Assembly: GCF_001675285.1 (NCBI RefSeq)
Contig: NZ_LSGQ01000004.1
Coordinates: 69,839 to 93,838 of the forward strand
DNA length: 24,000 nucleotides
Direction of reading: 5' to 3'
From: Elizabethkingia miricola
Lineage (GTDB): Bacteria > Bacteroidota > Bacteroidia > Flavobacteriales > Weeksellaceae
Shown: positions 6,588-16,545 of the stretch, piece after piece
How the letters are laid out: every line of letters begins with the position of its first letter
Numbering within the stretch: position 1 is the stretch's first letter
Made by a program: the position numbers and the translations under genes
The notes under the pieces: generated by a model
What the model was told of the DNA's origin: nothing
What the model saw: the letters and a program-made list of their open reading frames with translations, nothing else
The model's database searches: none

Positions 6588-8750
6588 TTACTTTACAGCT
6601 TTCAGAGAAATAGCATATCCGCCGCTTCGTGCCAATTTCACAGGAATCTTGGTAGTGCTGGTAACAGTTTTCTTATAGATATGGTAACTCTGTGGGTTGG
6701 TATCGTAATCTGCATCTTTACCATCTTCATAAATTACAGCTTCATACTTTTTACCTTTATCCAGGAATGATAAATCTACTGTAAAATCACGCTTGTTTTC
6801 GTCAGTAATACCACCTACATACCATTCATCTTTACCTTTTGCTTTTCTGGCAACATGCAGATAATCCCCAGGCTCAGCATCCAGGATTTTGGTATCATCC
6901 CAATCTACAGCCACGTCTTTGATAAACTGGAATGCATCCATGTGTTTCGCATAGTTCTCCGGTAAATCTGCTGCCATTTGTAATGGTGAATACATGGTTA
7001 CATATAATGCCAACTGTTTTGCCAATGTAGTTTTTACCATACGCTTGTCTCCAGGGAAGTAATAATCTAATTTTGTCTGGAAGATACCCGGAGTGTAATC
7101 CATTGGCCCTCCCATCTGTCTTGTAAACGGAAGAATCGTTGTATGATCTGCGTTGTTTCCGCCAAACGCATCGTACTCTGTTCCACGTGCAGCTTCTGCA
7201 GCTATCCAGTTTGGATATGTACGGTTAAGTCCTGTAGGGCGTACAGATTCATGAGAGTTTACCATAATCTTATAATCTGCTGCTTTTTTAGCAACATGCA
7301 GGTAATGGTTATTAGTCCATTGGCTATAATGATGCTCACCACGAGGAATAATATTTCCTACATAACCGGTTTTTACAGCATCATACCCATACTTATTCAT
7401 CAGCTTGAAAGCAGGATCCAACCATCTTTCATAATTAACTGTTGAACCAGATGTCTCGTGGTGCATAATCAGTTTAATGCCTTTACTATGTGCATAGTCA
7501 TTAAGCGCTGCAATATCGAAATCCGGATATGGCGTTACAAAATCAAAAACATCTTCTTTAGAATGTCCGAACCAATCTTCCCAACCTATATTCCAGCCTT
7601 CAATAAGAAGTCCGTCGAAACCATTTTTGGCTGCGAAGTCTATATATTCTCTTACCTTGGTATTATTGGCTGCATGTTTTCCGTTAGGTGTAAGCTTGGT
7701 GAAATCTGTTTTTCCTAAATGTACATTATCTTCTGTAGAATAAGCCCACTGAGATTTTCCAATAATCATTTCCCACCATACACCCATATATTTGGTTGGC
7801 TTTATCCAGGAAGTATCTTTATATTCTGTAGGTTCATTCAGATTGAATATCATTTTAGAATCCAGAATTCCTGCAGCTGTAGGCGATACAATAATTGTTC
7901 TCCATGGTGTATTGAAAGGTGTCTGAATATAACCTTTTGCTCCCTGTGCATCTGGGGTAAGGTGTGTTTTGAATTTATAATTCTGACTGTCTACTTCCAG
8001 ATGTGATGCAGGGTAATTAATCAATGCTGCTTCACCTAAATCTACATATAAAGGTTCTTTGCCTTCTTTCTTAAGGATTAAAGGTGTCTGTACTGTATTT
8101 TTAATTGGAAACTGCGATGCATTTTGTTCTACAGCTCCAGCCCATTTTGCAGCAATCTCTGAAATTTTAGAAGTTTGGTACTGATATTCCTGTGTGTCGT
8201 AGTCTCCTACAATCCACCAGGCTTTCATATCAGATGGAAGGTCTATTTCTGAATCCTCTTCTTTAATTACAAAATAGTTAAGATTTTTCTGTTGCGGAAA
8301 CTCGTAACGGAAACCTAAACCATCATTAAACAATCTGAATTTAATTGCTATTGTACGATCCTGTTTGTCCTGATGAAGATTTACGGTAAGCTCATTATAA
8401 TTGTTAATATAGCTTTTTTTCTCTCCCATTACCGGCTGCCAGTTTTCATTTTTAGAATCTCTTTTTTCAGATACTTTAGTGAATCCCTGATTCAGGTCAT
8501 TTTCGCTGCCTTCTGTTTTACTAATCTCGGAAGCAAACTGTATATTGTTATCTTTAAATAAACGAAGTCCCAGTTTAGATTCCTCCACCACAACTTTTCC
8601 ATTGTATTTCAGCTGATAATATGGTGTTCCGTTTTTCAGACTGAAATCCATCTGAAACTTTCCATCCGGAGATTTCAACGTTTGTCCGTACAAACCTCCT
8701 AATGTCAAACCAAAAAATGCAACTGCCAAACTTACTTTCTTCAAGTTCAT
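6588..8750 (-). CDS. Glycoside hydrolase family 97 alpha-glucosidase (SusB-like), secreted via an SPI-type signal peptide
   Basis: ORF of 720 aa. The N-terminus LKSPDGKFQMDFSLKNGTPYYQLKYNGKVVVEESKLGL resembles SusB. Also present are MHHETSG, KTGYVG...GEHHYSQWxNNHYL, SVRPTGLNRTYPNWIAAEAARGTEY and ILPFTRxxGGPMDYTPGIF, GH97 blocks as I remember them. Confidence 0.88.
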   Translation of the reverse strand: MNLKKVSLAVAFFGLTLGGLYGQTLKSPDGKFQMDFSLKNGTPYYQLKYNGKVVVEESKLGLRLFKDNNIQFASEISKTEGSENDLNQGFTKVSEKRDSKNENWQPVMGEKKSYINNYNELTVNLHQDKQDRTIAIKFRLFNDGLGFRYEFPQQKNLNYFVIKEEDSEIDLPSDMKAWWIVGDYDTQEYQYQTSKISEIAAKWAGAVEQNASQFPIKNTVQTPLILKKEGKEPLYVDLGEAALINYPASHLEVDSQNYKFKTHLTPDAQGAKGYIQTPFNTPWRTIIVSPTAAGILDSKMIFNLNEPTEYKDTSWIKPTKYMGVWWEMIIGKSQWAYSTEDNVHLGKTDFTKLTPNGKHAANNTKVREYIDFAAKNGFDGLLIEGWNIGWEDWFGHSKEDVFDFVTPYPDFDIAALNDYAHSKGIKLIMHHETSGSTVNYERWLDPAFKLMNKYGYDAVKTGYVGNIIPRGEHHYSQWTNNHYLHVAKKAADYKIMVNSHESVRPTGLNRTYPNWIAAEAARGTEYDAFGGNNADHTTILPFTRQMGGPMDYTPGIFQTKLDYYFPGDKRMVKTTLAKQLALYVTMYSPLQMAADLPENYAKHMDAFQFIKDVAVDWDDTKILDAEPGDYLHVARKAKGKDEWYVGGITDENKRDFTVDLSFLDKGKKYEAVIYEDGKDADYDTNPQSYHIYKKTVTSTTKIPVKLARSGGYAISLKAVK

Positions 8751-8783
8751 AATTGTTATTTTATTTGTAATATCTAAAGTTAT

Positions 8784-8802
8784 AAAAGTGAGACGATCTC
8801 AC
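8784..8802 (-). terminator. Weak hairpin plus short U-run between the GH63-like and GH97 genes
   Basis: Minus-strand RNA reads GUGAGA-UCG-UCUCAC followed by UUUUAUAAC. The stem is 6 bp with a 3-nt loop, so this is marginal. Confidence 0.3.
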
Positions 8803-8808
8803 AATCAT

Positions 8809-10764
<1,956 letters not shown>

Positions 10765-10788
10765 TCAATTTATCTTTTATTCTTAAAT

Positions 10789-10820
10789 AAAAAAGTGTTG
10801 CTGTAAAACAACACTTTTTT
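10789..10820 (-). terminator. Intra-PUL rho-independent terminator/attenuator after the susE-like gene
   Basis: Minus-strand RNA reads AAAAAAGUGUUG-UUUUACAG-CAACACUUUUUUAUUU. The hairpin starts about 20 nt after the susE-like stop. Only 34 nt separate the U-tract from the next ATG (10755). Confidence 0.55.
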
Positions 10821-10840
10821 ACTAAACTTATCCTAATAAG

Positions 10841-11854
10841 TTATTGCTTTACCAAAGTATACTTCATATTGTTAGTATCCAGGGTAACATTATAAATTCC
10901 AGCAGCTGATATCTGAATATTATCACCTCCTGCTACTGCATTTCCTCCTGAACCTCCATAATTAATATCCCAGACATCATTTGCTCTAAACTTCATTTCT
11001 CCGGCAGTTAAGGCTAAGGTAGCTTCCCAAATTCCGGTAGCATTATTTAATGTCATTTTGGTATCTGGTGTTGCCCATCCATTAGGAGTTGCTGAACCAA
11101 CTATTCCAAACCTAAATGGTGTCATTGCAATGATAGATTTATTCAAATCTACAACCAACTTATAAGAACCAACTCCAGGAGCTTTAATATTTCCGGCACT
11201 TGTACTCAGTGTAGATCCGTTATCTGATCCATAAGCACCATCCCAACTACGGTTTGGTGTTATCTTAAATTCCAAGCCATCGGTAGGGAAATTAATATAT
11301 CCTGTGTAGATTCCATTACTATTCTCGGATACTAATGCTGTTGCTGTTGCTGGATTCCATCCCTGATAAGCACCCGGTGCATATACATATGAAATAAGTG
11401 CATATGGTGTTACAGTTAATGATATTACTGAAGAGTAAACTGGTGCTACAGCAGAACTTTCAGTAGTAGATTTCAGTCTTACTTCAACCTGAGACTGACT
11501 GCCAATGGGAGCACCTGCACCCAGTAATATTCCATTAAAATCCTGAACTTTGAAACTAACAGAAGTTGTTCCTGCACCTAAAATTACTTCTTTAGGCTTT
11601 GCAAAATTAGTTCCCTTTACAGCAAACTGTAATACATTATTAATTACAATATTGTTTCCAAAAGAAGGTGCCTGCCATGAGAACTTTACAGCATCTTTAG
11701 CAGCGTCATCTTTTAATAAGACAAAAGTAGTTGCTGAAGCTGTTAAAGCTGACGGAGAAGGATTCCCTAACACAGCTCTATCTTCATCCTTTTCACAGGA
11801 GATCAATAAAAAACCAACAATAGCTGCAAATACTATTTTAAATATATTTTTCAT
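10841..11854 (-). CDS. susE: SusE/SusF-like outer-membrane lipoprotein with two putative alpha-glucan-binding Ig/CBM-like modules
   Basis: ORF of 337 aa. It has a lipobox (FLLIS|C) followed by EKDEDRAVL...FVLLKDDAAKDAVKFSWQAPSFG, a SusE N-terminal-domain-like pattern. Two repeats carry F-K/R-x-x-x-N-x-x-W-D-x-x-YG (LEFKITPNRSWDGAYG, MKFRANDVWDINYGG). It sits immediately after susD. Confidence 0.7.
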   Translation of the reverse strand: MKNIFKIVFAAIVGFLLISCEKDEDRAVLGNPSPSALTASATTFVLLKDDAAKDAVKFSWQAPSFGNNIVINNVLQFAVKGTNFAKPKEVILGAGTTSVSFKVQDFNGILLGAGAPIGSQSQVEVRLKSTTESSAVAPVYSSVISLTVTPYALISYVYAPGAYQGWNPATATALVSENSNGIYTGYINFPTDGLEFKITPNRSWDGAYGSDNGSTLSTSAGNIKAPGVGSYKLVVDLNKSIIAMTPFRFGIVGSATPNGWATPDTKMTLNNATGIWEATLALTAGEMKFRANDVWDINYGGSGGNAVAGGDNIQISAAGIYNVTLDTNNMKYTLVKQ

Positions 11855-11870
11855 AATACAAATTCAAAAA

Positions 11871-13472
11871 TTAGTAACCCGTATTTTGTTTAAGGTTTGG
11901 ATTGGCAATTAAATCGCTGGAAGGAATCGGATAAAGGGTTCTGAAGTCTTCTACACCTCTCCCATCCTTAACACCACCTTTCCATGGCCACAAATAGTTA
12001 CTTCCTGTAAACTTACCAAAACGGATAAGGTCTGTCCTTCTCGTTGCTTCCCAGGATAACTCACGTGCTCTTTCATCAAGGATAAAATCTAAGCTTAGAG
12101 AATTCACATTACCGGAATTATCACCATAAGCTCTTGTTCTCAGTTGGTTCACATAAGTAAGTGCTTGGGCATTGCTTCCACCACCACCTCTTAGTACTGC
12201 TTCAGCATACATCAGATAGGCATCTGCTAAACGGAACATTGGGAAGTCGGTATCCACAAAATCTCCGGAGGCATCCGAACCTTGCTTACCTGCCGATGTA
12301 ATATTCTTGAACTTTACTAAAGGATATCCGTCTGTAAATGTGGTTACATTATCAATTTCAAGATTTTGGCCATTGGTATAAAACACTCCTCTTTTATCAC
12401 GGGAGCCATTTGCATCCGGGAATAACTGAACCAAACTTTTGGTTGTTCTAATTCCTCCCCAACCACTATTAATTCCAAAATCTGAAGGTTTCATACTTCC
12501 ACCCACTGCTGCATGGATCAAATAAGTAGTACCACCGTAAGTTTTGGTATTAAGTCCATCGTAGTTGATAGAGAAAATAACCTCGTTATTGGCAACATTA
12601 TTATCGGCAAGGAAAAGGTCAGCATATTTAGGTTTAAGGCTGTAACCTCCATTAATTACTTTCTCTGCATATGTTCTGGCCTCAGTATATTTTTTAGCTC
12701 CGGTATACACTTCAGCATTCAGGTATAATTTAGCCATTACCATCCATACAGCAGCTTTATCAGCACGTCCGTATTCATTAGTACGTGGATCTTTTAGTAA
12801 TCCTTCAAGATCTTTCAGCTCACTTTCTACATAAACAAAAAGCTCTTCACGTGTAATTCTCTTTGGAGGCTTTACACCTACTTCATCTTTTTCGGTCACA
12901 AACGGTACGTTCCCAAACATATCAATAGCATGATAGTAGCTTAAAGCTCTAAGAAAACGCGCTTCATTTCTGTATAATCTCGCTTCTTCAGCCTGCGCTC
13001 CGGTAATATTTCTGGATGCCAGTTTTTCATCTGTCGTTTCACGGATAAACTCATTACATAGTGCTACCTGATAGAAAATACGATAGTACAATGCTGTAAT
13101 AAAGCTATTTGTAGAGCCCCAGTTCATATTATGAAGATCCGGAAGAAAAGCATCGTTCCATGCTACTACAGCCTCATCTGTCGGAAGCTCCTGTAACTGG
13201 AAATATTGTCTCAGATAACTTGAAGTTCCCGTATCTATACCGCCGATATCGGCACCATCGGTACTATCTCCGCTTTTTTGCCCCGTAAGTGCAAGCCCTG
13301 CATAACATTTAGCCAGTACACCTTTGTAATTGGAAAAATCTGCATAAACCGATGCGGAACTAATATCTGTTATAGGTAATCTGTCAAGATCTTTTTCACA
13401 AGAAGTTACACCGAGTAACATTACTACTCCTGCAACTAAAAGTTTACGATTTATAGAATTAAAAAATTTCAT
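11871..13472 (-). CDS. susD: RagB/SusD family nutrient-binding outer-membrane lipoprotein
   Basis: ORF of 533 aa. It has a lipobox (LLGVTS|C), TPR-like SusD blocks (YAGLALTG, RFLRALSYYHAIDMFGNVPF, AxVWMVxAKLYLNAEVY, FRLADAYLMYAEA, ELSWEATRRTDLIRFG), and lies 10 bp downstream of susC. Confidence 0.9.
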   Translation of the reverse strand: MKFFNSINRKLLVAGVVMLLGVTSCEKDLDRLPITDISSASVYADFSNYKGVLAKCYAGLALTGQKSGDSTDGADIGGIDTGTSSYLRQYFQLQELPTDEAVVAWNDAFLPDLHNMNWGSTNSFITALYYRIFYQVALCNEFIRETTDEKLASRNITGAQAEEARLYRNEARFLRALSYYHAIDMFGNVPFVTEKDEVGVKPPKRITREELFVYVESELKDLEGLLKDPRTNEYGRADKAAVWMVMAKLYLNAEVYTGAKKYTEARTYAEKVINGGYSLKPKYADLFLADNNVANNEVIFSINYDGLNTKTYGGTTYLIHAAVGGSMKPSDFGINSGWGGIRTTKSLVQLFPDANGSRDKRGVFYTNGQNLEIDNVTTFTDGYPLVKFKNITSAGKQGSDASGDFVDTDFPMFRLADAYLMYAEAVLRGGGGSNAQALTYVNQLRTRAYGDNSGNVNSLSLDFILDERARELSWEATRRTDLIRFGKFTGSNYLWPWKGGVKDGRGVEDFRTLYPIPSSDLIANPNLKQNTGY

Positions 13473-13482
13473 TGCTGTGTTT

Positions 13483-16248
13483 TTAGAATTGGAAGTTAAA
13501 ACCTAGAGAATAAATTCTAGGTCGCTGGTAAGCATTGTTATCAATTCCTGATTTTGTTGTTCCGTTAAGTTCTGTCGTTAACGACTCAGGATCCAGTCCG
13601 CTGTATTTTGTAATTAAAAATACATTCTGCGCTGATAAGGAAACTCTTAGTTTATACTTATCATTGATAAAATGTGGGAAATTATATCCTATATTAAGAT
13701 TATCCATTCTTAGGAATGAACCATTCTCTACATAATAGTCGGAAAGATATTGCGCTCTTTTAAAACCTGTATCCAGATAGCTTGTAGAGATATTGGATAA
13801 ATAATCATTGTTAGAAATATTCTGTAATGATCCGGCTTTAGATGCCATATTGTTGTACACATAGTTTCCGATACTAGCTCTTAAAGAAAAGCCCAGATCC
13901 CAGTTCTTATATGTAAACCTTGAAGAGAAACCTAATAAAACATCAGGAATCGGCGATTTGTACTGGTATAAATCCTGCTCGTTAATCACACCATCACCAT
14001 TACGGTCTACATAAACACCTTCGAGTGGTTTTCCGTCCTGTCCGTATACCTGCTGGTATACATAGAATGAGAATGGCGTGTAGCCTACCTGATGTACCTG
14101 AACAGTTGTCCCGGTTCCACCTTCTATTCCTCCGACCAATACTTTCTCATTAGGGTTATTTTGTGCAGATAGTTTTGTAACCTTGGAGGTGTAATGTGTT
14201 GCATTAGCACTAAATTCCCAGCTGAAATTTTCTTTCTGAATTGCTTTTACATTGATATTGGCTTCTATACCTTTATTCTGCATATCCCCTACATTTATCA
14301 GTAAGAGATTGGTCAGGTTAGCACCTGCCGGTACTGGTACAATACTCAAAAGATCTTTAGTTTTTTTCTCATATACTTCTACGGATCCGGTAATTCTGTC
14401 ATTCAGAAATCCAAAATCCAAACCTATGTTTTTGGTAATCGTAGTTTCCCATTTCAGGTTCTTATCATATCCCTGTGCCCGAAGTGTATTATAGAATTGG
14501 TCACCTATCTGATACTTTGTTCCGTTATCACTAATCACATATCTTGCAAGGAATGGATAATCATTCCCAATGACTCCTTGCTGTCCTGTTTCTCCCCAGC
14601 CTGCTCTCAGCTTTAAAGAGGATACTACATTTTGGTTTTTCATGAAGTTTTCTTTATCTATTCTCCATGCTAAACCTACTGCCGGAAAAATACTACTTCT
14701 GTTCTCCTTACTAAAACGTGATGAACGGTCATTACGCACTGTGGCTGTCAATAAATATTTATCACCGAAATTATAGTTGAAACGCCCAAAGTAAGAGAGA
14801 ATAGTAGACTCTGTTTCAAAAGCATTAACAATGTCAGGTTGTAAAGCCGGATCTCCTTTAATGGTCATAGCTAAAGGCTCGCTTCTGTAAAAATCCTGAT
14901 AAGAATAACCTGCTGTAACATCGAATGTAGAGTTCAGTGATTCTACTTTTTTATTATAGTTTAGATAAACATCAAATAGTTTATTTTTTCTGCTCTGGGC
15001 ATATCTTTTGTAAGTTCCACTACTATAAAAAGCTGAAGCTGAAGTAGGCAATACTCTGGTATTCCCTTTGGAATCCGTATAATCTATACCAGCATTAACA
15101 TTTACCCGCAACTCCGGAAGGAAATGGAATTTATAATCTAACTGAATATTCCCCAAACTTCTGGTTACATACGATACATCTATCTTCTGATTCAGCATAG
15201 AAAGCGGATTCTTTGTAGCATTCGTATTAGGTAAACCTGTTGTAGCATTCAGCCATTCCCAGTAACCTCCTAAAGCTGTATTTGCAGGATTATAAACAGA
15301 TTGTGTCGGATCGAAAGCCGCAGCGGCTCCTATAGCACCTACATCTGCAAATCTGTTTTCGGAGTAAATACCTTTGTAGTTAATATCTACAGATAAATGT
15401 TTATCAAAAAATTTAGGGCTTAGATTGATTCCGACATTGGAACGCTCAAAATTGCTGGTTTTAAGAATACCATCCTGTTTAAGGTAGCCTAATGATAAAC
15501 GGTAAGGCAGTCCTTTAATTCCTCCGGAAATAGCCACACTATTATCAAATCCTAAAGCAGTCTGATAAATTTGCTTTTGCCAGTCTGTATTACTATTACC
15601 TAAAAGCGCTTTATATTCATCAGTTGCATACTGGCTTACTACAGAGCGGAATTGGTCACCGTTCAATACTCCGATAGTCCCCATCTTGGTGTATATGGAA
15701 GTATTACTGTTGTAACTTACTTTTAGTTTACCGGAAGTTCCTTTTTTTGTAGTAATAATTATTACACCATTGGATGCTCTGGAACCGTAAATAGCTGTAG
15801 CAGATGCATCTTTAAGGATACTGAAACTTTCAATATCATTCGGGGCAATCAGTGCTAATCCGTTAGAAGCTCCATTAATGGTACTATTATCTACAGGAAC
15901 CCCGTCTATAACCAATAACGGGTCATTACTTGCATTAAGAGAAGCTCCCCCACGGATTCTGATCGTAGATCCTGATCCTGGTGCTCCGCCCGCGGTTACA
16001 ATTTGTACTCCGGCTGCTTTACCCTGAATTAACTGCTCAGGTGAACCTATTGCTCCCTGATTGAAATCCTTTGCTGTAAGTGCCGTTACAGATCCTGTAA
16101 GGTCTGATTTCTTCTGTTTACCATAACCAATCAGTACGACCTGTTCTATCTCCTTTGTCTTTGTTGAATCTTTCTGTTGTGCATTCAACATTGCTCCTGC
16201 TAATAAGAATGCAGGTGCAACCTTCATAAATACAAGATTACTTTTCAC
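13483..16248 (-). CDS. susC: SusC/RagA family TonB-dependent outer-membrane transporter (no N-terminal carboxypeptidase-regulatory-like domain)
   Basis: ORF of 921 aa. The signal peptide is followed within about 15 residues by EIEQVVLIGYGKQKKSDLTGSVT (SusC/RagA signature) and a plug (RIRGGASLNASNDPLLVIDGVP). It ends in a terminal F (GFNFQF). The ORF-track start at 16248 is a GTG. An in-frame ATG at 16227 (MKVAPAFLLAGAMLNAQQ) is an equally plausible start. Confidence 0.9.
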   Translation of the reverse strand: MKSNLVFMKVAPAFLLAGAMLNAQQKDSTKTKEIEQVVLIGYGKQKKSDLTGSVTALTAKDFNQGAIGSPEQLIQGKAAGVQIVTAGGAPGSGSTIRIRGGASLNASNDPLLVIDGVPVDNSTINGASNGLALIAPNDIESFSILKDASATAIYGSRASNGVIIITTKKGTSGKLKVSYNSNTSIYTKMGTIGVLNGDQFRSVVSQYATDEYKALLGNSNTDWQKQIYQTALGFDNSVAISGGIKGLPYRLSLGYLKQDGILKTSNFERSNVGINLSPKFFDKHLSVDINYKGIYSENRFADVGAIGAAAAFDPTQSVYNPANTALGGYWEWLNATTGLPNTNATKNPLSMLNQKIDVSYVTRSLGNIQLDYKFHFLPELRVNVNAGIDYTDSKGNTRVLPTSASAFYSSGTYKRYAQSRKNKLFDVYLNYNKKVESLNSTFDVTAGYSYQDFYRSEPLAMTIKGDPALQPDIVNAFETESTILSYFGRFNYNFGDKYLLTATVRNDRSSRFSKENRSSIFPAVGLAWRIDKENFMKNQNVVSSLKLRAGWGETGQQGVIGNDYPFLARYVISDNGTKYQIGDQFYNTLRAQGYDKNLKWETTITKNIGLDFGFLNDRITGSVEVYEKKTKDLLSIVPVPAGANLTNLLLINVGDMQNKGIEANINVKAIQKENFSWEFSANATHYTSKVTKLSAQNNPNEKVLVGGIEGGTGTTVQVHQVGYTPFSFYVYQQVYGQDGKPLEGVYVDRNGDGVINEQDLYQYKSPIPDVLLGFSSRFTYKNWDLGFSLRASIGNYVYNNMASKAGSLQNISNNDYLSNISTSYLDTGFKRAQYLSDYYVENGSFLRMDNLNIGYNFPHFINDKYKLRVSLSAQNVFLITKYSGLDPESLTTELNGTTKSGIDNNAYQRPRIYSLGFNFQF

Positions 16249-16457
16249 AAATTATGTTTTTAAATTTCAACTTTACTTTCGCTTCAATTAAGCCTTTTAA
16301 AGTATTATTATTTTTTAATATAAATTTAACATTTGCTTAACACTTACACCACAAATCATATAACACTATGATTTTCAATAATATATTTTACGAAAATCGT
16401 GTAGTTTTTTGTATTATTTCACTATATAACACTTAGTTTTATTAATTTTTATGCTCC

Positions 16458-16471
16458 CGAAAACGTTTGCG
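16458..16471. promoter_or_regulatory. LacI/GalR-family-type operator candidate: 14-bp near-palindrome CGAAAACGTTTGCG (minus strand CGCAAACGTTTTCG)
   Basis: Read directly. It has a central CG and 6 of 7 symmetric pairs. It overlaps a second inverted repeat, TTGCGAAA-N6-TTTCGCAA (16467-16488). It lies between the purF terminator and the susC start. Confidence 0.5.
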
Positions 16472-16496
16472 AAAAACAGATTTCGCAATATTTCAT

Positions 16497-16521
16497 AAAA
16501 AAGCACCTCATTTGAGGTGCT
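16497..16521 (-). terminator. Rho-independent terminator ending the PAP2-purC-purF unit
   Basis: Minus-strand RNA reads AGCACCUC-AAAU-GAGGUGCU followed by UUUUUUAUG. The stem is 8 bp and GC-rich. It lies 25 nt after the purF stop. Confidence 0.88.
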
Positions 16522-16545
16522 TTAGATTATCTTGATTAAGACTTC

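Noticed and set aside
7143-8561. A chain of plus-strand ORFs (7143-7445, 7458-7718, 7719-8006, 8373-8561) antisense to the GH97 gene. Similar antisense ORFs occur inside purN, the FMN reductase, the GH63-like gene, susE, susD, susC, the PAP2 gene and purL.
   Set aside because: All are nested in well-supported genes. The translations are Cys/Phe/Ile-rich nonsense without motifs. These are shadow ORFs.
16449-16496. A 15-codon minus-strand ORF (MKYCEICFSQTFSGA) that starts right after the purF terminator and spans the LacI-type palindrome. Plus-strand mini-ORFs at 16369-16437 and 16451-16498 were also considered.
   Set aside because: They are too short, have no supporting start context or conservation evidence, and the sequence is better explained as regulatory DNA.
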